64,000 nt of DNA from Takakia lepidozioides. Lineage: Eukaryota > Plantae > Bryophyta. Where the stretch lies: the NCBI GenBank assembly GCA_030704615.1, contig CM060733.1, positions 71,114,001-71,178,000 of the forward strand, in the 5' to 3' direction. The notes under the pieces are model-generated. The model worked only from the letters and a program-made list of their open reading frames with translations. It ran no database searches and was not told the DNA's origin. The first letter of the stretch is position 1. Each line of letters opens with the position of its first letter. The position numbers and the translations under genes were made by a program. Positions 13,338 through 26,126 of the stretch are shown here, piece by piece.

Positions 13338-15290
13338 TCGATGAGCCTCTTCTTCCACCCCAGGACATTCTGCCAGCAATGATTTCTCAGAATCATACTG
13401 CACAAACCCCACCCACTCTATTAGGACAGCCAATTTCACAACTGAGATTTGAAGAGAAGTCTTATTTTATTACACAATTTCAATTCACACTTCCTTTTGT
13501 GCTTCCTCCTTGTTAATGATATTTCCTTCTTAATCCAAAGAGGACATACATTGTATTTATCAGCAACTGTGCCAGGAAATTCACAATGGTCCTGCAAAAC
13601 GCCTGATGAAGGACATTCGAATTGAGTCTTGAAGGAGTAACAAACCCTGACAACTGGCCATCCGTTGTATGAGCTCACACACACATATGTTGAAAGAAAC
13701 CAAATCTACGAACCTGAATGCCACAATACAGGCAATAGTGGAACTGACTCCGCAACCTCTCCAAATGCTCCTGCAACATCTGCCACAATACCTTCTGGTT
13801 TTAGTCCATCAGGACCCTGACATGTCTCATGTGAACCATGCAACCTCTCCTCAGGAGGGAGGCGCTGATGATCACCCCTAACAAAGTCGAGCAGACAGAT
13901 GAAAGCTAAGCAGATTAACCTTGACAGAATCTAGTTAGCAATACCGTCAGCATAACAACAAGTTCCTATATTTTTGCTATGCTATGAAGCCACCCTAGGT
14001 AGTACAATCTTGACAACCTGGAGCAGAGGAGAGGAGACTCCCTACAGTGCAGCCTAAGCCCCTGTTTATGTCTAAGTCCTATGGATCTCCATACTCTGAA
14101 TGCCCACTGAACCCTGAAATAAGTCCAGACACAAATCACAGACAAAGATGTTTACCTCCTGTGTCACTATCTCCTCCTCCTCCTCTTCCTCTGCCTCCTC
14201 AGCGCCATCTTGTTCAGTCTGAACTTCCTCGCTTGCGAGCTTCTCCACTGGTCCCTCCCGGGATGGTGCAGCAGATTGAGAAGCACATTCCTCAAGCTGT
14301 AAAAGGGCAGTGCTAGCCTTGCCATAGTCACTCACGAGTTTCCAGTTCTGCCAAGTGCCCCTTCGCCGTTCCTGGAACCCAACCCGCAACTCGTCCACCT
14401 TCATCCTCTTCCTTTCCTGAGCAGAATGTCGCTTTCTAGCCTTCCGCTCGTTCTCCTCCCTCACCACCCCGTCTCTACCAAGCCCTGTACGGTTGCGTTT
14501 TAGGTCCACATTAATGGGCTCCGTGGCTCCCTGGCCGTGCTTGCCTAGTGCATTATCGGGAGTGTAGCCCATCTTCTACAGCAGCTTGAAGCCTATATTG
14601 GATTCTGGGATGGAAGCAGCCAACCCCTCCTGCCGATGCTCTTCCTCGGTCTTGTGCTGCTGCTTTTGCTTTATTTTTTTCTTCTCCTTCCAGTCAATCT
14701 TCTCTTTGCACTTCAGACGCAGACGGGACATCGGATAAGTCTCTCCATCCTCTACTATATCAACAGTTTTGAATTGTTCTCCTTCACCCACATCTACATC
14801 TCAACAACCCAAGTCCAAAAGGAAAACATTGAAGAATAGCATGTTATTTAGCTTATAAAAATATAGACTAAAGTGCAACGAACGTTCGAAGAGCCAAGAG
14901 CCGAAGGGAATGGCAGCACGACGCAGACGTGACGATGGTGAATAATATCAATTGAGGTTTTCAAACACTTGAAGAAATCGTGGTCTCTTCTCACACAAAG
15001 TTTCCCAAACACGGAGTTCAGGTGTTGCAGCACGGCTCAAAAAACCACAAATGAAACCAAGCGACTATCTGAAAATATACCTGGGAACCCACAGACGCAC
15101 TGCTCCACCTACTGCACTTCTGAGCCAAAAAATGATAAGAGACAACGGGACAGGAGTTTGGAGAAGAAATCAGGGAAACGAGATTACCTTGGGAACAGAC
15201 GCGGGAGGGAGAGGGTCTGGGGTGGGAATGAATCGGCCAAGATCGCCCATGTAGTCATCATCTTCTTCTTCTCTCAAGGCTTTTACTGCA
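13338..15290 (-). pseudogene. GPATCH11-like gene (G-patch plus DUF4187) with an in-frame TAG; start codon unresolved
   Basis: EEEDDDYMGDL exon ending ~15188. G-patch SNIGFKLL*KMGYTPDNALGKHGQGATEPI..RTGLG with TAG at 14576-14578. Exon 13779-13714 (LRSQFHYCLYCGIQ) and exon from 13397 (YDSEKSLLAECPGVEEEAH). Confidence 0.85.
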
Positions 15291-15668
15291 GCGATTCTTT
15301 CTCGCGAGAAGGCCGCTGGTCGTAGTTAACAAGGTGGCAGGATACACACCTGAACTTTAGAAAAGAGGGAAGTAAGCAGCATTTGACTTGGAGTCCCCCC
15401 CTCCCATCGCTCCACTCCTTTCCGTTGTTAAGTTCAGTCGAGGTCTTAACAACGGGATAAGAGGTCTTTACAATACAGCAGATCCTAGGGATACACATAC
15501 ATAAACGCAACCCCAACTGTCTGGCCTGCAAGAGCTGCTCACATAAGAGCTATCTCAATCAAGTCTCGCAAGGAAAAGAAGTTTCTTTGAGGAGGGCCTC
15601 CTCTTGCTCGCTGAGAAGAGCCATATCTGTGCACTGAGAAATGGAATATTTGGCGTGGGTGCATGATC

Positions 15669-16130
15669 CACTACAACACAAATTGGTTTTTGCCACGGCC
15701 TAATTCACTCTTTTTACTGTGATGTCAGACAGGGTCCACACTTTCCCCCAATGTGTAAACAGACTAGTTGTTTCAGACAGGTGTGGCAAACGGTGGCTGT
15801 GTGGAAACGACCATGCCACACTTCATCCACAGCTGACATGGACAATGGTGGCCGTGGCTGGCCACCTGGGCATGCCATCGTGTCATGCCACCTGGACATG
15901 CGCACGGGGAGGAGAAGGCACGTGGCAGCCCCGTATCGCACCTATCTCTGCGACGTGGAACAATGTAGCAATGACACGTGGCCATTTGGACATGGCGCAA
16001 AGGGGCACGTGGCATATTGGGATGACGACACGTGGATTTTGGGACATGTTTGCGGGGCCACGTGGAATAATTTCGAACGCAGCACCTGAATTTTATGGAA
16101 AACCGGGGGGCCACATGGAGTGAGGACGCA
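15669..16130. mobile_element. CACTA left terminus with subterminal repeats; partner end not seen in window
   Basis: CACTACAACACAAATTGG at 15669, then dense GCCACGTG/CACGTGGC-like motifs in both orientations. Confidence 0.7.
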
Positions 16131-17105
16131 ATGACACTTGTTCTGAAATTCTAAAATTCCAAAATTCCATACATACGTACACACTACACATACTACACAA
16201 AATCAGTATACAGACCCTGCACACAAACAGAAGCAACAGCATGGCTAAGGCATGGATCATTGCGCATACATCTACTTGCTACCAAACGGTTCCCAAAATG
16301 ACGCTTCATTGAAATGTTCATATTACGGTCTGCCATATGGTCTGCCTGCATGAAGATACACTTCCAGCATTTGGAGACGTTGCAGCTACGTCATAACTAC
16401 TCACCGGACACGTGACATGCTGCACTACTCTACATATTCCGAACCTGGCAAGCTGAACAACAATAAACCGAGCTACAACTTCGGCACTTCAGATGCTCCA
16501 ACACAAAACTCCACGGACGCTATGCCAGGAACTGAGCAGCAGTTCTACCAATGTCCTAAAGGACAAGCACAAAAACAAAAACTGAAGGGCTGTCCAGTAC
16601 TGTGGAAGAGGGGCACCTTAGCAGCCATCACGCAACTGCTCGGACAAACACAATATGAAAACTAGGGTTCAAAGCGTAGTCCACTGCACACTACCATAAA
16701 GCTATTGCCACAGGGAATCATAGGTAATCTTGTGCTTGAAATCTGCCCCTCTTTGATGAATTTGCACCCTCGCTCTATCCCTGCTCCTTCAGCTATCCAT
16801 GCCTCTGCACATATCTGCATTGATCCTTGCCTTGCTGCTAGCAGCTGACAATGACAGCCTAGATTTGTTCTAGGAAACACCCAACTCAGCTTATCACACT
16901 AGTTCCTCTGCTGAATTGCGTCTGCTGCTCTCTGGAATCTAACATGCATTCACCTTTTTGCCTCGGTTGTTCCACCATTGACTGGGGTCAGAAACGTATT
17001 CATTCCACAGCTTTTCCTCATCTCTGTTACGTGGTTTTGGATACTTTCCTGTTGTCACTTTGGGAGTATCATGTCAAAGTCACTCCAAACTATCAAAGGT
17101 TCACT

Positions 17106-17672
17106 CAACCAGCTAACTTGCAAAATTCAACATGAAAATATTTTAGGGCCGACTCTGATAACAGGGGAAAACAGGGTGAAATGTGTTGAAGAAGGTGCCT
17201 TCATTAGCAGTGCCTGATTTTATCAATCGTGCTGCTGCTGCTGTATTCCACGTGATCAAAGATCCGTTGAACACTTGGTGAGCATGCATGATGCTCCCGC
17301 ACTTAACATACATGTTGACAAGGGTGTTGAGGAGAAAAACACTTGGCATGAATCCACTTTGGATAATGTGGGTGCGCACCTGCTTTCCAGCTTCCAGACC
17401 TTTCATCTTGATGCACTTAAGCAAGAGACACACATACATATCTGAATCTGCTGAAATGCTCTTTGGTTAAATTCTGTAGAGCCTCTTTCAGTCTGCCTGC
17501 CTCACAAAGCATCTTCACATGCCCAGAAGAGCCAGAAGAGCATTATGGACTCCTTCTCTTGATCCTCTTTCAGAAGCCAACGAGCTAACTTACAGAATTC
17601 AATATGCATGTCAGGGCCGAGTCTGATGAGAGGGAAAAACAGGCTGAAATAGGTTGAAGAAGAAGGTGCCCT
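17106..17672 (+). repeat. ~95-bp diverged direct repeat (17106-17200 and 17578-17672) bracketing the PPR fragment
   Basis: Both copies read CAAC.AGCTAACTT.CA.AATTCAA..AGGGCCGA.TCTGAT..GTTGAAGAAG..GTGCC. Confidence 0.7.
17240..17520 (-). pseudogene. PLS-class PPR gene fragment
   Basis: YVCLLLKC..GLEAGKQVRTHIIQSGFMPSVFLLNTLVNMYVKCGSIMHAHQVF..ITWN. Confidence 0.85.
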
Positions 17673-18191
17673 CACCACATCGTCCTCGACCTTGTGTCAT
17701 AGCCCATGGAGGATTTGACTGACCATGAACCCAAGAGGACCTCTTGTGTGTGCTGCTTGTGTCTGTAGTCAGGTAATGTCGGATTGGTCTGTGAGAACCA
17801 CCACGGTGCAGCTGAGCGGGCAGAGATTGAAACACGGCCTGCTAAGACCAAGCTGAATCTCCCAAGAACCTTGTAAACATCAGGAAGAATACCAAATCAT
17901 GGTACTAACAGGAGCCAAGAGCCCACATTTGCAGGATCGACGAACTTCTTCACCTCGTACATTAAGAAAAAGCCACACCTTGCGATTGCGGTTGTCCCTC
18001 TATCGTGAAGGATCTTTAAAAAACTCATCTCAGGTCTGCTCCGTACTCCGCGGTTGTCCCACCATCGTGAAGGAGCTTTAAGAAACTCATGCCAGGTCTG
18101 CTCCGTGCTCCGAGGTCTGCTCCGAGGTTTGTGCTCGAAAATCCGTCGGCATCAACATTTTGACAAGGTCCTGAGGGGTGCTAGTGAGCTT

Positions 18192-18634
18192 TCAACAACA
18201 GTCATGGAAGTTGTTTTGTCGCCGTGCACCGCCTCCATCTGCTCTTTTTCGCAGCTCCTGTTGCAACAAGAACATGCGCTCTTTCAAGGTTAGATTCTCG
18301 TCCTCCAAGTATGTTATGTGACTCTCCTGCTCTGCAAGGCGAACTTCCACACGCTGTCGAGGATTCCTTTCAACGTCTGATGAAGGGTAGGTCATCTAAA
18401 TCGAAGGTGAATAAGACCAGTCATGGAGCCGTAACCATTAACCCCGAAACCTTTCACTTCCTCCACAAGGCCCTCCCTATCATGAGGTGCACCCGAAAAG
18501 GCATGAGTTGCAAGAAAAGCTGGAGTAGCAGGAGACACAAGCGACGCCAAACCCCGGGATCGGCGCACTCTCACCGGCACTCTCATCAGGAAGGAGCTGT
18601 CATTGTCATTGAAAGGTGCTCTTAGGACGCTCAT
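18192..18634 (-). pseudogene. Frameshifted fragment of a PRLI-interacting factor A-like gene
   Basis: APFND..SSFLMR..GLASLVSPATPAFL..GVNGYGSMTGLIHLR, then coiled coil HITYLEDENLTLKERMFLLQQEL in another frame. Confidence 0.75.
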
Positions 18635-19647
18635 GTCTGTATTTGCGAGTAAGACGCTGAGTCAGCTTGGACGAATCAAGGCATGCCATGCGGCTTTGGT
18701 TTTTTTTTTTATCAGTGTGCCAACTCAAAAAATATATAGGGGTCAACCCTAGTACCGTTGACTATTCTAGTGTGACTTAAGCCAGACAAGGTGACACATC
18801 CGGTCGGGTTGTGCCACACTTTTTTCTAGTCCACACATGTGTCATATGAGTCATGGATTCTGCAAAGTGTGAGCCCCCATGATGTGGCAAAAACCAATTC
18901 TTCTTGTAGTGGTGGGTCCAAAAAAGGACCCTTATTGTTACGTTTTGTTTTTCTGCAAAGCCCTTTCGGGGTCGGAGGAGCAGGAGGTGGTGATTTCTTC
19001 ACCCCTCCAGCCCCATGTAGCACCTCTGGAAGTGTACAAAGGGGTCAATTGTTGTGACCACCATGAGTTGCTCTGATGGTACATTTGCTTGTCTCGTCTC
19101 TTGGCTTCGGATTCATCCATTGTTGCCTTGTGAGTTCGTCAAGGCAACAGTGGCTGAATACGAAGCCAAGGGACAGAGGAGGAGAAGAGAAGCCAAGAGA
19201 GCACCTCATGGTCTAAGAGCTCTATCTGTGGCAGCCTGATTAGCATCAATCCCAAAAGCCCTCTTGGCCTTTCAGTTCTTCATACTCATTTGGCATCAAG
19301 TTTAGGAGGTTTGATGTTTCATTACTCATACTTCTGACAGGCATACAATTGCCAGTTTGGGTTTCCTAGCAGATATTCGGCCCCTCCTTCAAAATCCATG
19401 CACTCAAGGTTAAGCTCTCCCACATTGAGACCTCTCTTTCTCAATTGTGAAGCTGAACTGCAAGTCTTCAAACAAATGAGTGTTTGAAGTTGCAACACTA
19501 ACTTGGTTCTAGTGAGATCAATATATGCGCAGTCGTCTCAAATTGATCCTTATACCTTCTTCAAACTCATGCATCTTCTCCTTCAAGCCGTACCACACTA
19601 GTGGCAAGAGGGGCAGCGGCACTCAATTTTGGACCCTCCTATTGGTT

Positions 19648-19790
19648 GGGAGGTGTTATTCTGTGAGCCCAGAGGCGTGAGCCTGTGAGCCCAAGAAACC
19701 GTGAGCCCAGCACAGGCTCACGCCACGTCAACATGCATACAGGGCCTATTTCCGCGGGTGTCACCTATTACCGCGGGTTGATCAGCCATT
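19648..19790. mobile_element. Left terminus of a GGGGG/TGAGC-family (Mutator-like) element carrying ParB-MTase copy A
   Basis: GGGAGGTGTTATTCTGTGAGC matches the 51195 terminus GGGGGATGCTATTCTGTGAGC at 18/21. Repeated GTGAGC motifs and a shared CACCTAT.ACCGCGGG motif follow. Confidence 0.7.
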
Positions 19791-19899
19791 TCCAGGGAAT
19801 GCAGACTGGATGTGTTACATCCATTGTATCCATCCTTTCTATCCATTGCATCCATTTAGACATTATCAACATACCAAGCCCCTGCATTGGAATGTGCCT

Positions 19900-20055
19900 A
19901 CATCGTGAGCAGGTGCACACTCACATCATCCAAAGCGGATCCCTGCGAAATCTTTTCTTACTCACCACCCTTGCGATCATGCCAGGTATGTGCGGGAGCA
20001 TCATGGATGCTCACCAGAATTGAGAATGCCTGAACGCTCTTTGATCACGTGGACT
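19900..20055 (+). pseudogene. Second short PLS-PPR fragment
   Basis: EQVHTHIIQSGSLRNLFLLTTLAIMPGMCGSIMDAHQ, homologous to the 17240-17520 fragment. Confidence 0.7.
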
Positions 20056-20419
20056 TTATCATGATGGATTTACCAAGCATTCTTCTAGCAGGAATGGTTT
20101 GGAGACCAACGAGCAAATGATGCGAGAATGCTCTACCCGAACCAAAGACGTTTGTTTGTTTTTGCAATGCACACAAGCCTGTGAGCTCCGCAAAACACTA
20201 AATAGATTGAAGGAACAATCCGGGCAGTCCAAAAAGGTGTGATAGCCCTGGAGGGTCAGTGGAAGCACGCGGACTCCTACACAAGTGGACAAAAACCAAT
20301 TTTGAACACAATGATGCAATGCACAAGTCCAACGAAGAGGATATCTCCCATGTGCACTTTGCCTTAAGAACAGTGATTATGGGTATTGAAACAACAATGC
20401 AAGCATCCACAGGTTGAAC

Positions 20420-23400
20420 TTACTCACAGGCAAAGTCGTCATCCAGCTCCTTGTCGGAAGTCTCCCCTGTATCAATATCAACGGGTAGGGGCTTTGGAAG
20501 GACTTGAGAAGTGTGTCCACCCAAACCCATCAGGAGGTTCTTGTAAATCTCGGCATCCCCTTCAATCCCAAAGAGATGTCGCGCACTGGCCTTGCAAGCG
20601 TGGTACGAGGCACCTGCAGTGGAATACAATGAAGGAAACAAACATTGAAGACACATTTGGAACGGTGGGAAGAGCTGAAAGTGCAAGGTCAAACAAACCT
20701 CACGAAATGTGAATGTTGAAGAGACGAACCTGTGCCCATTGACAAATCCAAAACTCTGGCGTTTGTGTAGGTGCAGCACTCCACAATCGTCTGAATGAAA
20801 GTCGGGCTCATCTCCCTGGCCCCTCTCCAAGGAACCCCATTCCCCCTTCGCAAGCACACGTTGTTGTCCACGTAGTTGTGGTGCATGTCATCCGTGGGAG
20901 GATCTGTCATCTCGTCTATGAACTTGCCCCCATGAGTGATGGCGAACTCCCTAATGACGGCTAGAGTCGTAGGTGGATGCACTCGGACGAGACAAACAGC
21001 TTCAAACAAACGAGTCTGCGAACAGGACATACACAAGGAACTAAGAAGCTTGAAAACCAGGCCCCTACATATTCATTTGAGCGACTTATGCAACTCCATC
21101 CGAGAACCACCAAGAAGAGGAATAAGAAGGCAGATTTACCATCTCTCCGGGACGATCCCCCTTCGTCAGGTACATGCTGTTCACACAATTCCATGTCTTC
21201 ACGACCCTCATACCGGAGGCTTTCAAATAGCTGGCAAGTGCACGGCGACAGCGAAGGTGGATGGACTGGATGAGCACCAAAACACCTGCATCGGACAGAA
21301 GAAATTGCAAAAGGAGAAAATCCACCGCCAGTAGTGCTCATCAAAAGCATTCCAACCTGGACAAGCACCCGATGGAGGGACATCCGGGACTGGCAACCCA
21401 TCAGGGATGTCCAAGATGATGAGTTCGGCTGCATATGGCTTCTGCTTCCCGTTCACCCAGGATTTGGTCATTTTAGCCTGCAAACAAGCATGCAATGGAA
21501 TGCTCAAGAGGATTGAAACGATCCATGCACACAACAGACAAGAAGCAAAAGACGACACACACCGTGCCGAGGAACTCCACAATCCTCTCCAACACTGGTG
21601 ATGGTTCGCCCTTGTAATCAGATTTCTTGGACTCCATCATGGCAAGGAACTCGACGTTGGCCATCTCCAACCTGGTAGGGCGAATGACCCTCGTGGGATG
21701 CTCCACTGCATGGTACGGGTCCTTGGGATCAACCACCCCCTTGTTCTTTCTCTCGGATCCCCTACCATGTGGTGGAGTCTGCTGGACAACCACCAGAGGG
21801 CCAGTACACTTCTCTGCCCACCTACCTGCCCTTGTGCCCCCTACCCCTTCCTTTCCCCAAACCACCAGCAACATCCTTTCCCTTTGCCTTTCTACCTTTA
21901 CCCGGTGTATCCTGAGTGGGAGGCTCCTTCTCTGCAAGAGTCCTCAAATTTCTCTCATGAATGTCGAGGTCGGCTGCTGCGGCGGTGGCTGCTATACGCT
22001 CATTCTCTCTCCTCAAAGACACCTCCTGAGCTCGGGTCTCTGAAGCAGGACAATCCAAATACCAACCACAAGCAGAAAGATGGTCTGGGCCTCAGTCATG
22101 CAAGATCCCCGTAGTAAACATGGTCTGGTTGCCAGCAGGGACAAGCCAAAGGTCCACGAAATCAGGATGTTTGTCCAAGCAGTTCTCTGCCATGAGAACA
22201 TACTTTATGTACCTGCAGGAACAGAGACAACCTCATTATGCAATGCAAATATTGTCTCCCAGCTTTTCCACCCCATCACGAAGACCCCCTAAAAGAGTAT
22301 GCGACACATTACACTCCACCACAAACTCATATAAGCCAGCCAAAAACAGGTTGGATGGAGGAGATTATGTCTATGCAAAACAAAGAAGCACAGTCCATTT
22401 CGCACCTGTAAAGGCATCGTTTCCAGGCTTCCTCTCCTTTCTCTTGCTGGTCAAGCTCACTTGTTCGACTGATACCAGCATCCTTGTTGAACTCTCTGAA
22501 GAAACAAGATTGCCACACTGTGGCTCTCCATTTCCTCATGTATGCTTGGAAGGAGACCTTCGGTTCTGTCATGGTGATCCCATAGTCAGCCAGCTGCATA
22601 TGTAGAACCGACCGGGCCCTTTCCTCCAACTGCAGACCAATACAGAAGCAAGAATGAACACAAAAACAATCACAACCAATGTAACATGGAAAAAGAATGA
22701 CAGAAAAAACGAAAAGAAAGTGACACAGCAAAGGACATCATACCTGGCTCCGGTAAGTGGCCTTGTGGAGCCATGTGTCCAGCACATTGTCACTGACATG
22801 AATGACACGCTGGGTCTTCTTCTCTTTCTCCGGCCTGGGGAACATGTGGGTATCCCTAACAGTGGGATCGGAGTTCCATATCTGTAGCCACTTCACCTTC
22901 TGTTCTGAAGACACAACGGCACTAGACAACCTATGTAACTTCTCCTGGGCCATCTCCGGCTTGCCTGGCTTGTTATAATGGTTTTTCACCTCTTGAAGGA
23001 ACTCTGGTCCGAAGGTTGGGTCTGCAATTCTCAGTTGTTTCACAAAAGCACTCATAATAGTCCTTCTTGTGGCGGTCATCTCCTTCTGGATGTGACTCTC
23101 AACGCCCTTTGCTGTCCTTCTCTCCTTAGGGGTAGAGCTATAGTATTCCAGTTTGCCACACTCTCCTGCATCTGCAATGTCTTGCTGCAAAGGAATGTAC
23201 GAGAGTTGCATCAACCCAAGGGCAAGGGAAACAAACAGAAACAAACATGTGGAAGCAGGAATATCGAAAGGCCAGATGATGGAAGATGTATCTCACCCCG
23301 TACATATACTCCATGAAAGCCTCACGGGTCAACGAGTACCACGTTTCTGATGTCTTGGAGCTTTCGCACTTCTTGTACGTCTCTGTTGAAAGGATGGTCT

Positions 23401-24194
23401 TGAAGTTGGTCAAGGGCATATGCCCAATCCTTTGTATCCTGTACAGTGTGTGAACTAGACTCGTTTTGACATGCGATGTCTCCGTCCCTCTGCAGAATGA
23501 TGTGTGAAAGTCAGAATGAAATTCAAGGACCGTCAACAGAGGACTGGAACCAAAGAACCACGAAACCACAAATGGAACATGTAGAATGAGAAACCAACCT
23601 GTTCACATCATTCATTGCCGTCAAAAGACCCATCATGTTCCCGTCACAATCCAGCACCATCGATCGAACAGAGTAATGCCACTCTTCCTCCTATGAGTGC
23701 AGCCTCCCAATGACAGCCATCCATGCAAGCAACCGGTGGTTGCCATCCCAAATGTGAAACATCTTCCCTGAGAATGCCTGGGTGGAAGGTTTCCTGGAGA
23801 GAAGAAGTTCGAAGGATTCGTTCACATGTCTCCAAATGGGATCCCAGGAGTCCACGATTGACTCATCCACAAGGAGCTCATTGCCTCTGGAATCCTTTGT
23901 AGAAATGTAAAAGACTGCGGATCCATCCAAATACCCATGAACAAACTCGGCCTCCAGCTTCAGGATGACCTTGATGAGGGGTGGACGAACGACGGGCATG
24001 GAAACCAACCTACACAGGGGAATCTTCAACCTCCCACCCGGGGCAAGCATACTTTGCACCACAAGCTGAGAGTTTACCTTCTGACCCCCCAGCATCTCAG
24101 CAGCTTTGCTTTCATAGAATTCATCGTCCACATCAACAATGATCTCCTTCCCCTGCCCCAAAGGGATCTCATCCGCCACACTTTGCATCTTCTC
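20420..24194 (-). pseudogene. ParB/Srx plus beta-class N4C/N6A DNA methyltransferase-like fusion gene, copy A (about 8 exons, decayed)
   Basis: IPLCRL..PVVRP..FHIWDGNHRLLAW (DGNHR 23733-23747). AELIILDIPDG (21400-21411), FLSDAGVLVL, PWRGAREMSPTFIQTIVECCTYTNARVLDLSMGTG, ASYHACKASARHLFGIEGD. GT-AG introns. In-frame stops (e.g. TAG 23691-23693) and a frameshift near 21298. Confidence 0.8.
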
Positions 24195-24269
24195 CTGCAG
24201 AGTTGTTCATTCAAATTGATATAAGAGAGAGGCATGAAACGATGGTGTTTTGAGCATGGCAGACAGGCC

Positions 24270-26126
24270 CTATGTGGCCCAATTTCTCATTAGAAAACAA
24301 GCAGTGTGAGGGCCGAAAATACTGTGCGTTGCCGCACAATATTTCAGCTTCCAAATAGTGGTGTTTTGAACATGATATTTGGCCCTATGTGGCACATTTC
24401 CACCAAACAAACAGGCAGAGAGGGGGCCAAAAAGGGGGCACAAACACTGTGCGTTGCCACACACTCTTCGTGCTACCAACTATGGGTGTTTTTAGCATGC
24501 ATACTGGCCCTAATTGGCCCAATTTCACATAGAAAAACAAGCAGAGAGGGGGCTCAAACAGTGTGCGTTGCCGCACATTGTTTGAGCTTCCAATAAGGGT
24601 TCGTTTCAACCTACTAGAGTGGCCCTAGGTGCCCAATTTTCACAGCAAAAAACAAGCAGACAAGGGGGCTCAAACAATGTGCATTGCCGTACACTGTTTG
24701 AGCTTGCAATAAGGGGTGATTTTAACATGGCATAGTGGCCATGAGTGGCCGAATTTGAAATAAAAGAAAAGTCAGTGAAGGGGGCTCAAACAGTGTGCAT
24801 TGCCGCACACTCTTTGAGCTTCCATTTCGGGGTGGATTCAACCTGCCACACTGGCCCTAGGTGCACAATTTTCATGTCAAAAAACAAGCAAATCAGGGGG
24901 CTCAAATAGTATGCGTTGACGTACACTGTTTGGGCTGCCAGGTAAGTGTGAATTGAACCTGACAGAGATGACCTTTGTGGTCGATTCTAAAATGAAAAAA
25001 TAATGTCAAGTGTGGGCTCAAACAGTGTGCAATGCCACACACTGTTTGAGCTTCCAAAAAGGGGTGGAATGAACCTTATAGAGAGGCGACTGTGTGCACG
25101 ATTTTCACATTCAAGAAACAATTACAAGGGGGGCTCAAACAGTGTGTGTTAACACACACTCTTTGAGCTGCCAGGTTAGTGTGGATTGAACCTCACACAG
25201 TTACCCTGTCTCGACAATTTTATTATGAAAAAAACAATGAGAAGGGGGGCTCAAACAGTGTGCGTTGGCGCACACTGTTTGAGCTACCAAGAAATTGTTC
25301 ATTGAACCTCACAGAGATACCCTGTCTGGACAATTTTATTATTCCAAAAACAATGAGAAGGGGGGCTCAAACAGTGTGTGTTGGCGCACACTGTTCGAGC
25401 TTCAAATTAGGGGTGGATTGAACCACATAGAGAGGCCCCTGTGTGCACCATTTCCACACCAAAAAAACAAGGCACAAGGGGGGCTCAAACAGTGTGCGTT
25501 GACGCACACTGTTTGAGCTTCCAATTCGAGGTGGATTGAACCTGCCATAGTGGCCCTATGTGGCCGTTTTGAACATCAAAAAACAAGCAAAATGGGGGGC
25601 TCAAACAGTGTATGGTGCCGCACACTGTTTGAGCTTCCAATTCAGGGTGGATTGAACCTGCCATAGTGGCCCTATGTGGCCGTTTTGAACATGAAAAAAC
25701 AAGCAAAATGGGGGGCTCAAATAGTGTGCGGTGCCGCACACTGTTTGAGCTTCCAATTCGGGGTGGATTGAACCTGCCATAGTGGCCCTATGTGGCCGTT
25801 TTGAACATGAAAAAACAAGCAAAATGGGGGGCTCAAACAGTGTGCAGTGCCGCACACTGTTTGAGCTACCAGGTTAATGTGAATTGAACCTCACAGAGTT
25901 ACCCTGTCTGGACAATTTTATTATGAAAAAAACAATGAGAAGGGGGGCTCAAACAGTGTGCGTTGGCGCACACTGTTTGAGCTACCAGGAAATTGTTCAT
26001 TGAACCTCACAGAGATACCCTGTCTGGACGATTTTATTATTCCAAAAACAATGAGAAGGGGGGCTCAAACAGTGTGCGTTGGCGCACTTTGTTTCAGCTT
26101 CGAATTAGGGGTGGATTGAACCAGAC
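24270..26126. repeat. Tandem array of 16 units of ~116-117 bp, each with a 36-bp palindrome
   Basis: Core GCTCAAACAGTGTGCGT-TG-ACGCACACTGTTTGAGC, perfect arms at 25483-25518. The array continues after the CACTA insertion. Confidence 0.97.

Noticed and set aside
19596-19603. CACTAGTG as a CACTA terminus
   Set aside because: It does not match any TIR in the window and has no subterminal repeats.
24270-26126. CRISPR array (36-bp palindromic repeats at regular spacing)
   Set aside because: The ~80-bp linkers are homologous to each other rather than unique spacers, no cas genes are present, and the context is eukaryotic.
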